Positions 1-12,741 of a stretch of 64,000 nt of DNA are shown piece after piece. The stretch's first letter is position 1. Each line of letters opens with the position of its first letter. The position numbers were made by a program, and so were the translations under genes. This DNA comes from Eledone cirrhosa (lineage: Eukaryota), in assembly GCA_964016885.1 (NCBI GenBank), contig OZ024760.1, forward strand, positions 8,742,001 through 8,806,000. The letters are read 5' to 3'. The notes beneath the pieces were generated by a model, which ran no database searches, was not told the origin of the DNA, and saw only the letters and a list, made by a program, of their open reading frames with translations.

Positions 1-445
1 ATATATATACATATATATACATATATACATACACATATATATACATACACATATATACATACACATATACATACACATATATATACATACACATATATAT
101 ACATACACATATATATACATACACATATATATACATACACATATATATACATACACATATATATACATACACATATATATACATACACATATATATACAT
201 ACACATATATATACATACACATATATATACATACACATATATATACATACACATATATATACATACACATATATATACATACACATATATATACATACAC
301 ATATATATACATACACATATATATACACATACATATATATACATACACATATATATACATACACATATACACATACACATATACACATATATACACATAT
401 ATACATACATATATACTCATATATATACAAACATAAATATACATA
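1..445. repeat. Compound (TA/CA) microsatellite, ~18-bp ATACATACACATATATAT-type unit
   Basis: Direct tandem periodicity. Confidence 0.95.
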
Positions 446-699
446 TGATGGCTGCCCCCCTCATTATCGAGTATGGTCATTGCACGATATAACATAATTA
501 ATAATTATCAATTAATGCTATCGTGCAATGCCTGTGCGTGAACATTTTTTTTAAATTGAGGAAAAAATGCACTGAGCCAATCCCACTCTCTGAGTGACAG
601 TAGCTATAACCCGAAAAGAAGAAAAGATCAACATAATCCTACTGCTGGGAGATTATAACCCTCCCCCCCCCCAAGGTCAAATGACCCGAAGGACAGTCC

Positions 700-1670
700 C
701 CTTCAGGAATGACGGCACCTGAACAAAGGCAGACGGAATCCTTATTGGACCTTACAAACAGACTTTTCATGGAACAAATGTTACTTCACGCAACACGAGG
801 TGAGAATATTCAGGATCTCTGCTTGACAAATAACACGGAGCTCAGTGACAATGTGAAGGGGACACCAACAGTAACATAGTAGAACTAAATATGTGTAGTC
901 CAAGGATGACTGCAGATATACAGCCAAGAGGGAGCACTCGGTCTCTGTCCAGCCTAAGCTTCCACAAGGCTAACTGGAAAAGGATTCATGAAACAAAATT
1001 GAACCGACAGTCCCTTTATGCAAGATGTCAAAATACATGGAAATAATTGTTTCTACTTTAGGCACAAGGCCAGCAATTACCCAGTGCATTACTGGTACTT
1101 TATTTTATCGACCCCGTAAGGATGAAAGGCAAAGTCAACCTCGGCGGGATTTGAACTCAGATCGTAAAGAGACGTAACTATGCTGGAAATATATGGAAAT
1201 AATTGTTTCTACTTTAGGCACAAGGCCAGCAATTACCCAGTGCATTACTGGTACTTTATTTTATCGACCCCGTAAGGATGAAAGGCAAAGTCAAACTCGG
1301 CGGGATTTGAACTCAGATCGGAAAGGGACGTAACTATGCTGGAAATACATGGAAATAATGCAAGCCATATTCCCCAGGTTTTCCCCAGAAAAAAAGGCCA
1401 ACAGACACAAGAATATTGTTCCCAGAGACAGTCGAATCCTTATGAGAAGAACGAAGATCTCAAACCAGCTACATACTCAAGTAAGGAACAAGACGGGATC
1501 CTATTTGAAGCAGGCACTGTTACAAACTGAAAATTAACTCAAACTCTCCCATGAAAGGTTGAAGGCAGAAAGAGAAGCCAGGGCTATAGAAATCATAAAG
1601 ACGATCCCTAAGGCCATTTTTAAATTTGCAAAAGAGACCGCCTCGGTACACTACGGGTTAGGGCCACTTT
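700..1670 (+). mobile_element. Decayed CR1-group (APE-type) LINE ORF2 fragment, endonuclease C-terminus and linker
   Basis: Frameshifted translation gives TRGENIQDLCLTNN (PTRgnnILDL motif), LSFHKANWKRI and AIEIIKTIPKAIFKFAK; interrupted by a SINE dimer at 1042-1345. Confidence 0.75.
1042..1345 (-). mobile_element. Tandem pair of 5'-truncated tRNA-derived SINEs (family S1)
   Basis: Two near-identical ~150-bp copies of the S1 body; the flank AAATA(C/T)ATGGAAATAAT occurs three times (1032, ~1186, 1343). Confidence 0.9.
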
Positions 1671-1783
1671 TATATAATGGTATCGCCTTTGACATTCAAT
1701 CATTACTCTGAAGAGGTCCATGAGAAAGTCAGTAGATATACTGTCCTAGATCGGGGTTACTCTTGGCGGGAAAGAGACAACAA

Positions 1784-1940
1784 CCAATTGCTAATACTAT
1801 CTCTGGGTCGCGAATCTAGGTAGAAGGAGCAACATGAAATAAAGTGTCTTACTCAAGGACATAATGCATCGCCCGGTCCGGGAATCGAACTCACAACCTC
1901 ACGATTGCGAATCCAATTCTCTAACCACTCGGCCACGTGG
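1784..1940 (-). mobile_element. tRNA-headed SINE, family S2 (5' part)
   Basis: Minus strand reads GTGGCCGAGTGGTTAG (A box), GTTCGATTCC (B box), GTCCTTGAGTAAGACACTT; homologous to 28245-28565 and 43191-43536. Confidence 0.85.
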
Positions 1941-2483
1941 TTGATATAAAAACAAAACATTTAAAGCGAACCGGAGAAAAAAATCTTCTCCAATCTAGAC
2001 TGGGTTATAATAGAAAAACGGAACAAACTATTCATTGAAGCGATATATTTGTGTCTTGAAATGTTAAAAATGTTTCTTATCTCAGTAAGTAACCAAGAAT
2101 AACTTGTTCTAAACACTACCGAACACCAGTCATACTCGCACCAGTAGCCTTTTAAGAATTAATTAACAAACTATTAATTATTAATAATTCATTTATATAA
2201 AGTAGAAGGAAAAAGATTACATATTTTAATATTCAGCAACAGGCTGGTTCCCGCTCACCCGTCTCTCTCTCCCTCTCAAGGTAGATATATCTATCAGATC
2301 GCATTATACATCAGTGTCTATATTCTCAACAAGGAAACTTGTTCATATATATTTAAAATAGATTTTATATTTCTGTATAGTTATCACTATACATATATAT
2401 ATATATACATATATATACAAGTTTGTGTGTACACGCACACAATATGTATGTATGTATGTCTGTATGTATGTCTGTATGTATGT

Positions 2484-3090
2484 CAGGTCACCAGTTGGTG
2501 CTACTGGTAACATGTATCCCAGTACAACCTGTCTCATGGTCGGGTCGTTGGCGACTAAACTGGCAACCCCACCAAGGTTTCTTGGTGAGGAGGGTGACTT
2601 TGGACATCCTGCAGGACTAAAAACAAAACCTGTCAAAGGACAAAGGAGCTCTTAAGAGTCAATGGCCATCCAAAATCACCGGGAGAGATGACCCCTTAGC
2701 CTTTGTCAAGGCAGAATTCTAGGAGAAGGAAAACTCTGATATAACACCTGCAACTCTGATGGTATCCAATGATGTTGACTTGTTCTTCTTTTTGGTAAAT
2801 ATCATCTTGGTTAAGAGAGTGGGACTGGCTTTGTGCAGTGCCTTTGCTCACTATAAAAACTTCATGGCACAGGCATTGCTTTATATCTGGAGATCTCTCT
2901 GCACTTGTCCTCACATGGTACCATGGGCCCAGCACTATGTGTCAATAATTGTCACAAGTGTAGTGTTTGTGCCCGAGTTTTCAAGTCGCTGGCTGGACTA
3001 AAAAGTCACACTCGTTCAGCGCATCCGTAGGGGTTCTCCTACATGGATATAAAGTAGTGGCCGTACTCGAAAACGAGTTGGCAGCCACCA
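2484..3090 (+). mobile_element. RTE-like retroelement 5'-UTR-derived repeat
   Basis: CTAGGAGAAGGAAAACTCTGATATAACACC resembles RTE 5' regions; a diverged inverted homologue lies at 9855-10195. Confidence 0.55.
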
Positions 3091-3209
3091 TGTATGTATG
3101 TATGTATGTATGTATTTTATATATATTTATCTCCCGCGTTTAATCGGGAGTAACCACAGTAAGTAAGGTACTCAATACATAGTGGAGTATAACTATTTAA
3201 TATAGAAAT

Positions 3210-3261
3210 GGCTTCTACAGGACTAGAACCGTTTCATTCGAACGAAATCACCAGGAAAGCC
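3210..3261 (-). ncRNA. Hammerhead ribozyme motif, family D (variant core CUGGUGA)
   Basis: Minus strand: GCTTTC CTGGTGA TTTCGTTCGAAT GAA ACGG-ttctagtc-CTGT A GAAGCC. Confidence 0.6.
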
Positions 3262-3374
3262 GACTGCCAATCAGACAGAGCCAGCTTTTGGCGTGGATGT
3301 TTGAGTATCCAAACGGAACTTGGACCGTCAAGGTCCGATTCCTGGGTATGTCACTATTTATAAAACAAACTTTG

Positions 3375-3435
3375 TATTTTATCTGATGAGAGCGTACCAA
3401 AGTGTTGGTGCCCTTGAAATATATATAATAGAATA
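3375..3435 (+). ncRNA. Type I hammerhead ribozyme, C-C/palindrome class, family B
   Basis: TATTTTAT CTGATGA gag-C-gtacca..tggtgc-C-ctt GAA ATATATAT A ATAGAATA; stem I 8 bp; predicted cleavage after 3427. Confidence 0.8.
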
Positions 3436-3578
3436 AATATGGTTTTATAAATATAGTTTCCATTTATTAATATCATTGATATTATACTCCAGAAAAACTT
3501 GTTGAGTGCTTCGAATCTGTTATAAATATATTTGTTGAATTACCAACAAATTAAATATCGCTTTGCTTATATATATAT

Positions 3579-3581
<3 letters not shown>

Positions 3582-3610
<29 letters not shown>

Positions 3611-3976
3611 TGTATGTATGTATGTATGTATGTATGTATGTATGTATGTATGTATGTATGTATGTATGTATGTATGTATGTATGTATGTATGTATGTATG
3701 TATGTATGTATGTATGTATGTATGTATGTATGTATGTATGTATGTATGTATGTATGTATGTATGTATGTATGTATGTATGTATGTATGTATGTATGTATG
3801 TATGTATGTATGTATGTATGTATGTATGTATGTATGTATGTATGTATGTATGTATGTATGTATGTATGTATGTATGTATGTATGTATGTATGTATGTATG
3901 TATGTATGTATGTATGTATGTATGTATGTATGTATGTATGTATGTATGTATGTATGTATGTATGTATGTATGTATG
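3582..3976. repeat. Pure (TATG)n tetranucleotide array
   Basis: About 395 bp uninterrupted. Confidence 0.98.
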
Positions 3977-4139
3977 ATTATTATTTTATTTTATTTTTTT
4001 TTTCTTCTCGTGCAATGGCCATACTCGATAACGAGGGGGGAACCATCATGTATGTATGTATATTATATATATATCTCCCGAGTTCAATCGGGCGTAACTA
4101 CAATAAGTAAGGTACTCAATACATATATATATACATTAT

Positions 4140-4183
<44 letters not shown>

Positions 4184-4319
4184 CGGTATGAGCATTCGCA
4201 TAGATTAATATAAATGTACATATGTATATATGTGGCTTATGGTGTGTATATCGTAATAACTCTTCCATTGAAACTGGATTACCTTTAAGAAATATGAAAA
4301 CAAACAGATTTCAGATAGA

Positions 4320-4780
4320 TAGATAGAGTGACTCAAAGAGAGAGAGAGAGAGAATGAGTGAGTGAGTGACTCAAAGAGAGAGAGAGAGTGAGTGAGTGAC
4401 TCAAAGAGAGATAGAGAGAGAGAGAGTGAGTGAGTGAGTGACTCAAAGAGAGAGAGAGAGAGAGAGAGTGAGTGAGTGAGTGAGTGAGTGACTCAAAGAG
4501 AGAGAGAGAGAGAGTGAGTGAGTGAGTGAGTGAGTGACTCAAAGAGAGAGAGAGAGAGAGTGAGAGAGTGAGTGAGTGAGTGAGTGAGAGACTCAAAGAG
4601 AGAGAGAGAGAGAGAGTGAGTGAGTGAGTGAGTGACTCAAAGAGAGAGAGAGAGAGAGTGAGTGAGTGAGTGAGTGAGTGAGTGAGTGAGTGAGTGAGTG
4701 AGTGAGTGAGTGAGTGAGTGAGTGAGTGAGGGTGAATATGGGTGAGTGTGGGTGAGTGCGGGTGAGTGCGGGTGTGTGAA
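4320..4780. repeat. (GA)n/(GAGT)n compound array punctuated by GACTCAAA
   Basis: Recurring unit [GA]n[GAGT]n-GACTCAAA. Confidence 0.9.
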
Positions 4781-5228
4781 CATGCGTTGTATGTATGAGT
4801 TTGAATGTGTGTATCTGTGTGTCAATATGTGTATATGTTTATCATTTGTTTTAGATCAGCCCCAGTTGTGCTGCAAGTAATGCCTTGTTATTGTTACGTC
4901 CCTTTCGTTGATCCCTCTCTATCACCCCCCACCGCCCCCCATTAGCTCCTCTTTCACAAATCCCTGCTCCTCATCATCTCTCCATCTCAACTAAACAAGT
5001 AGTTTCTAATTATAGAAACTCTACTATACAATATCACCGCCTCCCACCCCCCTCTTCTTAATTAGTTGCATCTTGTCATATCCACTATATCGAGATGGCG
5101 CTCAACTAATTAGACAACTGGCGCCAGCTTACGGTTATCTCCCCTTGGGCCAACGGAGCGTCACTATTTCTGATCACGTATCTCAAGCTTTCTCTCGATA
5201 TGTCTGTCGTTCCATCGGCACAAACATA

Positions 5229-5462
5229 TGTGTGTGTGTGATGTGTGGTGTGTGGTGTGTGTGTGTGTGTGGTGTGTGTGTGGTGTGTGTGTGGTGTGTG
5301 TGTGGTGTGTGTGTGGTGTGTGTGTGGTGTGTGTGTGGTGTGTGTGTGGTGTGTGTGTGGTGTGTGTGTGGTGTGTGTGTGGTGTGTGTGTGGTGTGGTG
5401 TGGTGTGTGTGTGGTGTGGTGTGGTGTGGTGTGGTGTGGTGGTGGTGGTGTGTGTGTGTGTG

Positions 5463-5531
<69 letters not shown>

Positions 5532-5540
5532 ATATGTATG
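5229..5540. repeat. (GT)/(GGTGT) and (TA)n microsatellites
   Basis: Direct. Confidence 0.95.
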
Positions 5541-5769
5541 TATTTGAATTACGTATTTCTAAAGAAATACGGTATGTTTATAAATAAACATTTAGAAAGC
5601 CATAGCTATGAAAAACACTAGCAGCTAACGCCACCCAACGGTGTCCGACAGAATCAAGAGGGACAATCGTCGATGCATTTCGAAAATGTGTGTTGAAACA
5701 GATATTGTTATACTTTGGGAGGGTCATGCTACCAACAAAAACACATGCACCTCTACAATTCATTGTAAA

Positions 5770-6295
5770 GCCTGGACTATAATTAATTATAAGACCTGGA
5801 CTATTATGGGACTTGGAGTGTAAGTGGGGCTAATTTGATCTACTTTTAGTAATGACTGGATTGTTGTGTAACTAGGAGTGTAAACTGTAGTAGTTTGGCC
5901 TACTGTAAGGAAAGATTGAGCCCCTGTAGGACTAGGGATGTGAACAGTGTTGGTTTAGCTAAACCACAGAGGTTATGGATGTGAGTAGCGATGGTTTAAC
6001 TGAGTCACTGGGAGACTAGGGATGTGAACAGCGGTGGTTTAACTAAGTCACTGTGAGACAAGGGATAGGAGCAGTAGGGGTTTAATTGAATCACTGTGAG
6101 GCAAGGGATGTGAGCAGTGGTGGTTTAATTGAGTCACTACGGGGCTATGGACGTGAGCAGTGGTAATTTAACTGAGCTACAATAAGACAAGGACGTGAGC
6201 AGTGATGGTTTAACTGAGCTACAATAAGACATGTACGTGAGCAGTGGTGGTTTAACTGAGCTGCAATAAGACAAGGACGTGAGCCGTGGTGATTT
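5770..6295. repeat. Diverged ~40-bp minisatellite (GGATGTGAGCAGTGGTGGTTTAACTGAGTCACTGTGAGACAA-like)
   Basis: About 12 units; the units toward the right end are most similar to each other. Confidence 0.85.
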
Positions 6296-7082
6296 GATAT
6301 AAAGGTATTTCTAGAGAGTTGTTATGAAATCTCTCATTACCCAGTTAGTGAGATTTGGATATTTGGTTCAGATTTTTCAGATATTTGTGAAGATAGATGA
6401 ATGGATGTACAGTGATTACTTGACCCAGTCCAATCAGTCATACGGCAAAGATACTTCTATTACATAGAAATTTTAACTGCTAGAAATAACAGTCATAATC
6501 TCCCAAATCATACACTGCCACTGTAAACAAAGTAAGACAACAATGATTGTTTGGTATGAATGAAAGGTCAGTGTTGTGACGAGTATTTGATCTTAGGTTT
6601 GCTGAATCGGGTTCAATGTCGAACTAATAGCCAAGTCCTCTAAGTTTACTGAGCTAGAGAGAGACATAGGAGCTAGAGAGAAACGGGGACAAAGAGAAAG
6701 ATAGAGGGGGTGCGATGGGGAAAAGGAGACAGAGGCAACTGATAGGAAGAAAAAAGGATAAATAAATAGGAAAAAAAACTAGAAAAAACAAAAAAGGGAA
6801 AGAAAGAAAACAAGTAACAAAAAGAAGGCGAGGACAACGACGAAGAAGAAAAGAAAAAGAAAAAGCTAATGAAGACAATGAAGAAAAAGACGAAGAATAA
6901 ATAGAAGAAAAAAGAAAACGACCAAGAACAAGAAGACAGAAAACGAAGATGGCGATGAAGGAAAAGAAAAAGAAAATCAGTGATGTTTAGAAGAGTATTA
7001 AATAAAATAGTATTAACATGGCCTGGTGTGGTTATAGGGAGAGATGTAGTGTTTAGTTGTGTCTAACTATGAGCCGTTTATT

Positions 7083-8710
7083 AGAGAAACCCAGGACCGC
7101 CGCCATAACTTTGAGAAACCCAGGACCGCCGCCATAACTTTGAGAAACCCAGGACCGCCGCCATAACTTTGAGAAACCCACGACCGCCGCCATAACTTTG
7201 AGAAACCCACGACCGCCGCCATAACTTTGAGAAACCCAGGACCGCCGCCATAACTTTGAGAAACCCAGGACCGCCGCCATAACTTTGAGAAACCCACGAC
7301 CGCCGCCATAACTTTGAGAAACCCACGACCGCCGCCATAACTTTGAGAAACCCAGGACCACCGCCGCCATAACTTTGAGAAACCCACGACCGCCGCCATA
7401 ACTTTGAGAAACCCAGGACCACCGCCGCCATAACTTTGAGAAACCCACGACCGCCGCCATAACTTTGAGAAACCCAGGACCACCGCCGCCATAACTTTGA
7501 GAAACCCACGACCGCCGCCATAACTTTGAGGAACCCAGGACCGCCGCCATAACTTTGAGAAACCCACGACCGCCGCCATAACTTTGAGAAACCCAGGACC
7601 GCCGCCATAACTTTGAGAAACCCAGGACCGCCGCCATAACTTTGAGAAACCCACGACCGCCGCCATAACTTTGAGAAACCCACGACCGCCGCCATAACTT
7701 TGAGAAACCCAGGACCGCCGCCATAACTTTGAGAAACCCAGGACCGCCGCCATAACTTTGAGAAACCCAGGACCACCGCCGCCATAACTTTGAGGAACCC
7801 AGGACCGCCGCCATAACTTTGAGAAACCCAGGACCACCGCCGCCATAACTTTGAGAAACCCAGGACCGCCGCCATAACTTTGAGAAACCCAGGACCGCCG
7901 CCATAACTTTGAGAAACCCAGGACCGCCGCCATAACTTTGAGAAACCCAGGACCGCCGCCATAACTTTGAGAAACCCACGACCGCCGCCATAACTTTGAG
8001 AAACCCAGGACCGCCGCCATAACTTTGAGAAACCCAGGACCGCCGCCATAACTTTGAGAAACCCAGGACCACCGCCATAACTTTGAGAAACCCAGGACCG
8101 CCGCCATAACTTTGAGAAACCCAGGACCACCGCCATAACTTTGAGAAACCCACGACCGCCGCCATAACTTTGAGAAACCCAGGACCACCGCCGCCATAAC
8201 TTTGAGAAACCCACGACCGCCGCCATAACTTTGAGAAACCCAGGACCGCCGCCATAACTTTGAGAAACCCAGGACCGCCGCCATAACTTTGAGAAACCCA
8301 GGACCGCCGCCATAACTTTGAGAAACCCAGGACCGCCGCCATAACTTTGAGGAACCCAGGACCGCCGCCATAACTTTGAGAAACCCAGGACCGCCGCCAT
8401 AACTTTGAGAAACCCAGGACCGCCGCCATAACTTTGAGAAACCCACGACCGCCGCCATAACTTTGAGAAACCCACGACCGCCGCCATAACTTTGAGAAAC
8501 CCACGACCGCCGCCATAACTTTGAGAAACCCAGGACCGCCGCCATAACTTTGAGGAACCCAGGACCGCCGCCATAACTTTGAGAAACCCACGACCGCCGC
8601 CATAACTTTGAGAAACCCACGACCGCCGCCATAACTTTGAGAAACCCACGACCGCCGCCATAACTTTGAGGAACCCAGGACCGCCGCCATAACTTTGAGA
8701 AACCCAGGAC
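7083..8710. repeat. 29-bp GC-rich minisatellite TTGAGAAACCCA(G/C)GACCGCCGCCATAACT, ~55 copies
   Basis: Near-perfect tandem units with G/C variants and 32-bp (+CAC) variants; no spacers. Confidence 0.98.
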
Positions 8711-8837
8711 TTTGGGGGGTTTATAACTTTCATAGAGGTGGAACTTTAGGGGTTTCTCTTAACATTTGCTCCTATTAAAATTGAAACATTTAAATATATA
8801 TTTTTTGGTTACCGTACAGATCAAAGAATAAATTTCT

Positions 8838-9078
8838 GTGGTGGTGGTGGTGGTGGTGGTGGTGGTGGTTGCTGTGTTGGTTGTTGTGTTGTAGTGGTGG
8901 TGGTGCTGGTGGTAGTGGTGGTGCTGGTGGTAGTGGTAGTGCTGGTGTTGTGGTGGTAGTGGTAGTGCTGGTGTTGTGGTGGTGGTGGTAGTGGTGGTGC
9001 TGGTGTTGTGGTCCTAGTGGTGGTAGTGGTGGTAGTGGTGGTAGTGGTGGTAGTGGTAGTGGTGGTTGTGGTGGTAGT
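8838..9078. repeat. (GGT/AGT)n trinucleotide array
   Basis: Direct. Confidence 0.9.
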
Positions 9079-9376
9079 ACTACTGAGATGGGCTAGAGTG
9101 GCCGGTTGTGAGAAGATATATTTGCGTTTGCGAGCTTAGCTTTATAGTTCGGTACACAGAGAAACGAATAATAATAATGATAATAATAACGATTCTTTTA
9201 TTGGCCAGAAAGGCAGATAATGTTGAAAGTGGGACCAGATGAGGTGTGGGGGGGGGGACTAGACAAAGTTGGGTTTACATTGAATAAAAGAAAGTAAGGA
9301 AATGATAAAGGGAGAAGGGCGGATATAAAAACAACGGTAATAAATAGTAACAACACAAATATATATATATATATAT

Positions 9377-9655
9377 GCAAAAGTTCTATTTAAAATTGTT
9401 GGGATACAACAAGTAAATATTTTTATAACTGATATAAAGCACTCGACAAGTATTTGGAGTAGATATACGATGGTAGATATAGATGGCTTCCAAAAATAAT
9501 GGTCGCATTTTAAAAGGGTACGTCAAAGCTTATTTGTAAAACTGTTATATATTGTATTTTGTCTGATGAAGGCATACCATAATTTAATTTGGTATCCCTG
9601 AAATATGTATAATGAAATAAATATGGTTTTATAAATATAGTTTCCATTTATTAAT

Positions 9656-9660
<5 letters not shown>
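9377..9660 (+). mobile_element. (TA)n-flanked HHR mini-element, family B, with an inverted 3' segment at its left end
   Basis: 9377-9460 is the reverse complement of the family 3' end seen at 44293-44376; HHR at 9555-9619. Confidence 0.75.
9555..9619 (+). ncRNA. Type I hammerhead ribozyme, C-C/palindrome class
   Basis: TATTTTGT CTGATGA agg-C-atacca..tggtat-C-cct GAA ATATGTAT A ATGAAATA, overlapping AATAAA. Confidence 0.82.
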
Positions 9661-9708
<48 letters not shown>

Positions 9709-9854
9709 CATCATGCATCCGTATATATATTCATATATACATAAATATACATATTTATATATACATAAATATATATACATACACATACATATATACGTAC
9801 GTACACCTGGCATCCTACCTACAAATATACACATATCTAACATCATACATACAT

Positions 9855-10195
9855 GATGATGGCTGCAAATCAGTTTCTAGTAATGCCATCACTTGATACT
9901 TAAGTATGAGCAGCACAGACGTGGCTTTTTAGCTCTGCTAGGGACTTGCCTATGGCCAGCAATGTTATGCATCGCAAAAAATGTCAGATATCAACCGATG
10001 CCTGTCCTTGAAGCTTTTTTTAAGTGAGGAAAGCTTTGCACAGGGTCAATCCCGTTCCCTGAACATCGAATGCTTTTACCCCAAAGGAAGAACTGGTCTA
10101 CATCATAGAATACAAACGAAGTCACAGGTTTTATATCAGAGTGACCTTCTCCTAAAGAGATGTCTTAATGAAGACTAGGAGTCACTCGCCAACAA
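9855..10195 (-). mobile_element. RTE-like 5'-UTR-derived repeat (diverged copy)
   Basis: Reverse-complement similarity to 2690-2940. Confidence 0.5.
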
Positions 10196-10196
10196 T

Positions 10197-10234
<38 letters not shown>

Positions 10235-10275
10235 ATGTACGTACACGTGGCATTATACATACATAAATACATTAT

Positions 10276-10460
10276 GGTGGATTGGCAGTATCGGTGGAGG
10301 GTCTGACGCCATGCTTTGACGCATGGATTTACGGCCCTTGCCATTCTGAGTTCAAATCCCGCCGAGGTTAACTTTGCCTTTCATCCTTACGGGGGTCGAT
10401 AAAATAAAGTACCAGTAATGCACTGGGTAATTTCTGGCCTTGTGCCAAAAGTAGAAAATT
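10276..10460 (+). mobile_element. Full-length SINE S1
   Basis: A box TGGCAGTATCGG, B box GTTCAAATC, body CCGAGGTTAACTTTGCCTTTCATCCTTACGGGG; resembles tRNA-derived octopus SINEs. Confidence 0.92.
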
Positions 10461-10590
10461 ATACATACATAAATACACATATAGGTACACACACCTGGCA
10501 CCATACGTTCATACATACATATTTCTGACATCATACATACAGATATCTGACATCATACGCACATACATGCACACAGTATACTTTCATACG

Positions 10591-10913
10591 CGGTGGATTG
10601 GTAGTATCGGTAGAGGGTCGGGCACCATGCTTTTTAGCAAAGAGTTATGACCCTTTGTGGTCTGAGTTCAAATTCCGCCGAGGTTAACTTTGCCTTTAAT
10701 CCTTACGGGGTCGATAAAATAAATACCAATAATTGTTTCTACTTTAGGCACAAGGCCAGTTATTACCCAGTGCATTACTGGTACTTTATTTTATCGACCC
10801 CGTAAGGATGAAAGGCAAAGTCAACCTCGGAGGGATTTGAACTCAGATCGTAAAGGGACGTAACTATGCTGGAAAGCATGGCGTCCGACCCTCTACCGAT
10901 ACTGCCAATCCAT
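10591..10913. mobile_element. Tail-to-tail inverted pair of S1 SINEs (+ 10591-10730, - 10728-10913)
   Basis: The same S1 sequence on opposite strands, abutting. Confidence 0.9.
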
Positions 10914-11159
10914 CAATAATACACTGAGATAATTGTTGGCCTTGTGCCATAAGTAGAAATAATTATAAATGCATACATAAAACATATTTTAATCAGTCAT
11001 TAGTTTGAAGTAAGTTGCAGTGAAACTGTATTAGTAAACATGTCGCAAAAAGTGCGACGAAAATGTTGATACCAGTAAATAAATGTTATGTATAAAGCAA
11101 AGTAAAACTTTTTGGTATTTCTAAATTTCTAAAATGACTTTTTCACGTTCTAGTTTCAA

Positions 11160-12357
11160 CACAATCTCAGATCCAATCACTTGTCAAACATGTACAACTG
11201 TGGCTAAAATGACTCTTCCATGATGTAATTGTTTTAGTTTCTTCAACATACAATCTCAGATCAAGTCATTTGCCAGACGGGGTTAGGAAATGGCAACCTT
11301 CACGTGCACCACCCTGTACGGAATTAATTCCAATTAATTACCATTGTTCTATATATGTTCCATATATACTTGTCAGACATGTCTAACTGTGGCTAACATG
11401 AATCTTCCCTGATGTAATTGTTTTAATTTCAACACGGTCTCAGATCAAGTCACTTGATAGACATATATAGCTGTGGCTAAAATAAATGTTCCATGATGTA
11501 ATTGCTTTAGTTTCAAGACAGTCTCAGATTAAGTCATCCTCAAGACATGTACAACAGAGATTCAGATCAAGTCACTTGCTACACATGTACAACACAGTCT
11601 CAGATAAAGTAATTTGCCAGACATATACGACACACAGACCCGGATTAAATCACTTGCTACACATATACAACACGCAATCCCAGATCAAGCCTCTGCCAGA
11701 CATATACAACACACAGTCCCAGATGTAGCCATCCGCTAGGCATATACAACACACAGTCTCAGATCAAGTCATCTGCCAGACATGTACAATACAGACTAAG
11801 ATCAAATCACTTGCTACACATATACAACACACAGTCTCAGATTAAATCATCTGCCAGACATGTACAATACAGACTAAGATCAAATCACTTGCTACACATG
11901 TACAACACAAAGTCTCAGATCAAGTCATCTGCCAAGCATATACAACACATAGTTCCAGATAGAGTCACTTGCTACACATGCACAACATAGAGTCACTTGC
12001 TACACATGCACAACACAGAGTCCCAGATCAAGTCACTTGCTACACATGTACAACACAAACTCAGATCAAGTCACTTGCTACACATGTACAACACAGAAGC
12101 TTAGATCAAGTCACTTGCTACACATGTACAACACAGAAACTCAGATCAAGTCACTTACTACACATGTACAACACACAGTCTCAGATCAAGTCATCTGCCA
12201 GACATGTACAATACAGACTCAGATCAAATCACTTGCTACACATGTACAACACAAAGTCTCAGATCACGACATCTGCCAAGCATGTACAGATAGAGTCACT
12301 TGCTACACATTCACAACACAGAAGCTCAGATCAAGTCACTTGCTACACATGTACAAC
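11160..12357. repeat. ~38-42-bp minisatellite (CTCAGATCAAGTCACTTGCTACACATGTACAACACA)
   Basis: About 20 units with alternating CACTTGCTA/CATCTGCCA variants; preceded by larger diverged units. Confidence 0.9.
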
Positions 12358-12702
12358 TCCGTTGTTTGAAGTTTGTATTTCCGAAACAAACTTTTACGAT
12401 ATAGAAACGGGCAGACATCGGCCCTGATTGCGTGGACGTTCTTGAGTTTTTCGGAAAGAACACGTGGTTTCTGTGCGTTATGTTTTGGAAATACATTAAC
12501 TACTCACAGGGCGTAGCGACGAAACCGTACGGTCCGTAGCACTATTTCATGTGACCCCAGGCAAATCCGTTTATTCCACTATTTAACGTATTGGGTCTGA
12601 TACGCAAATTAGTATTTACAAAATATGATTTTTGTGAAGTCATGGATTAAGTGGTAAACGGTGGTTTGGGACAAAATCGTATTGTCTGACCTGTTAAAAT
12701 TA

Positions 12703-12704
<2 letters not shown>

Positions 12705-12741
<37 letters not shown>

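Noticed and set aside
1704-1735. HHR-like TACT CTGAAGA..GAAAGTC AGTA
   Set aside because: Stem II and stem III cannot form; at best a deleted relic
7053-8733. Three 520-550-aa ORFs, or a CRISPR-like array
   Set aside because: All three frames give the same peptide because a stop-free 29-bp unit cycles through the frames; units are contiguous with no unique spacers, and there are no cas genes
10276-10360. tRNA genes at SINE heads
   Set aside because: A and B boxes are present but there is no cloverleaf, and each is fused to the SINE body
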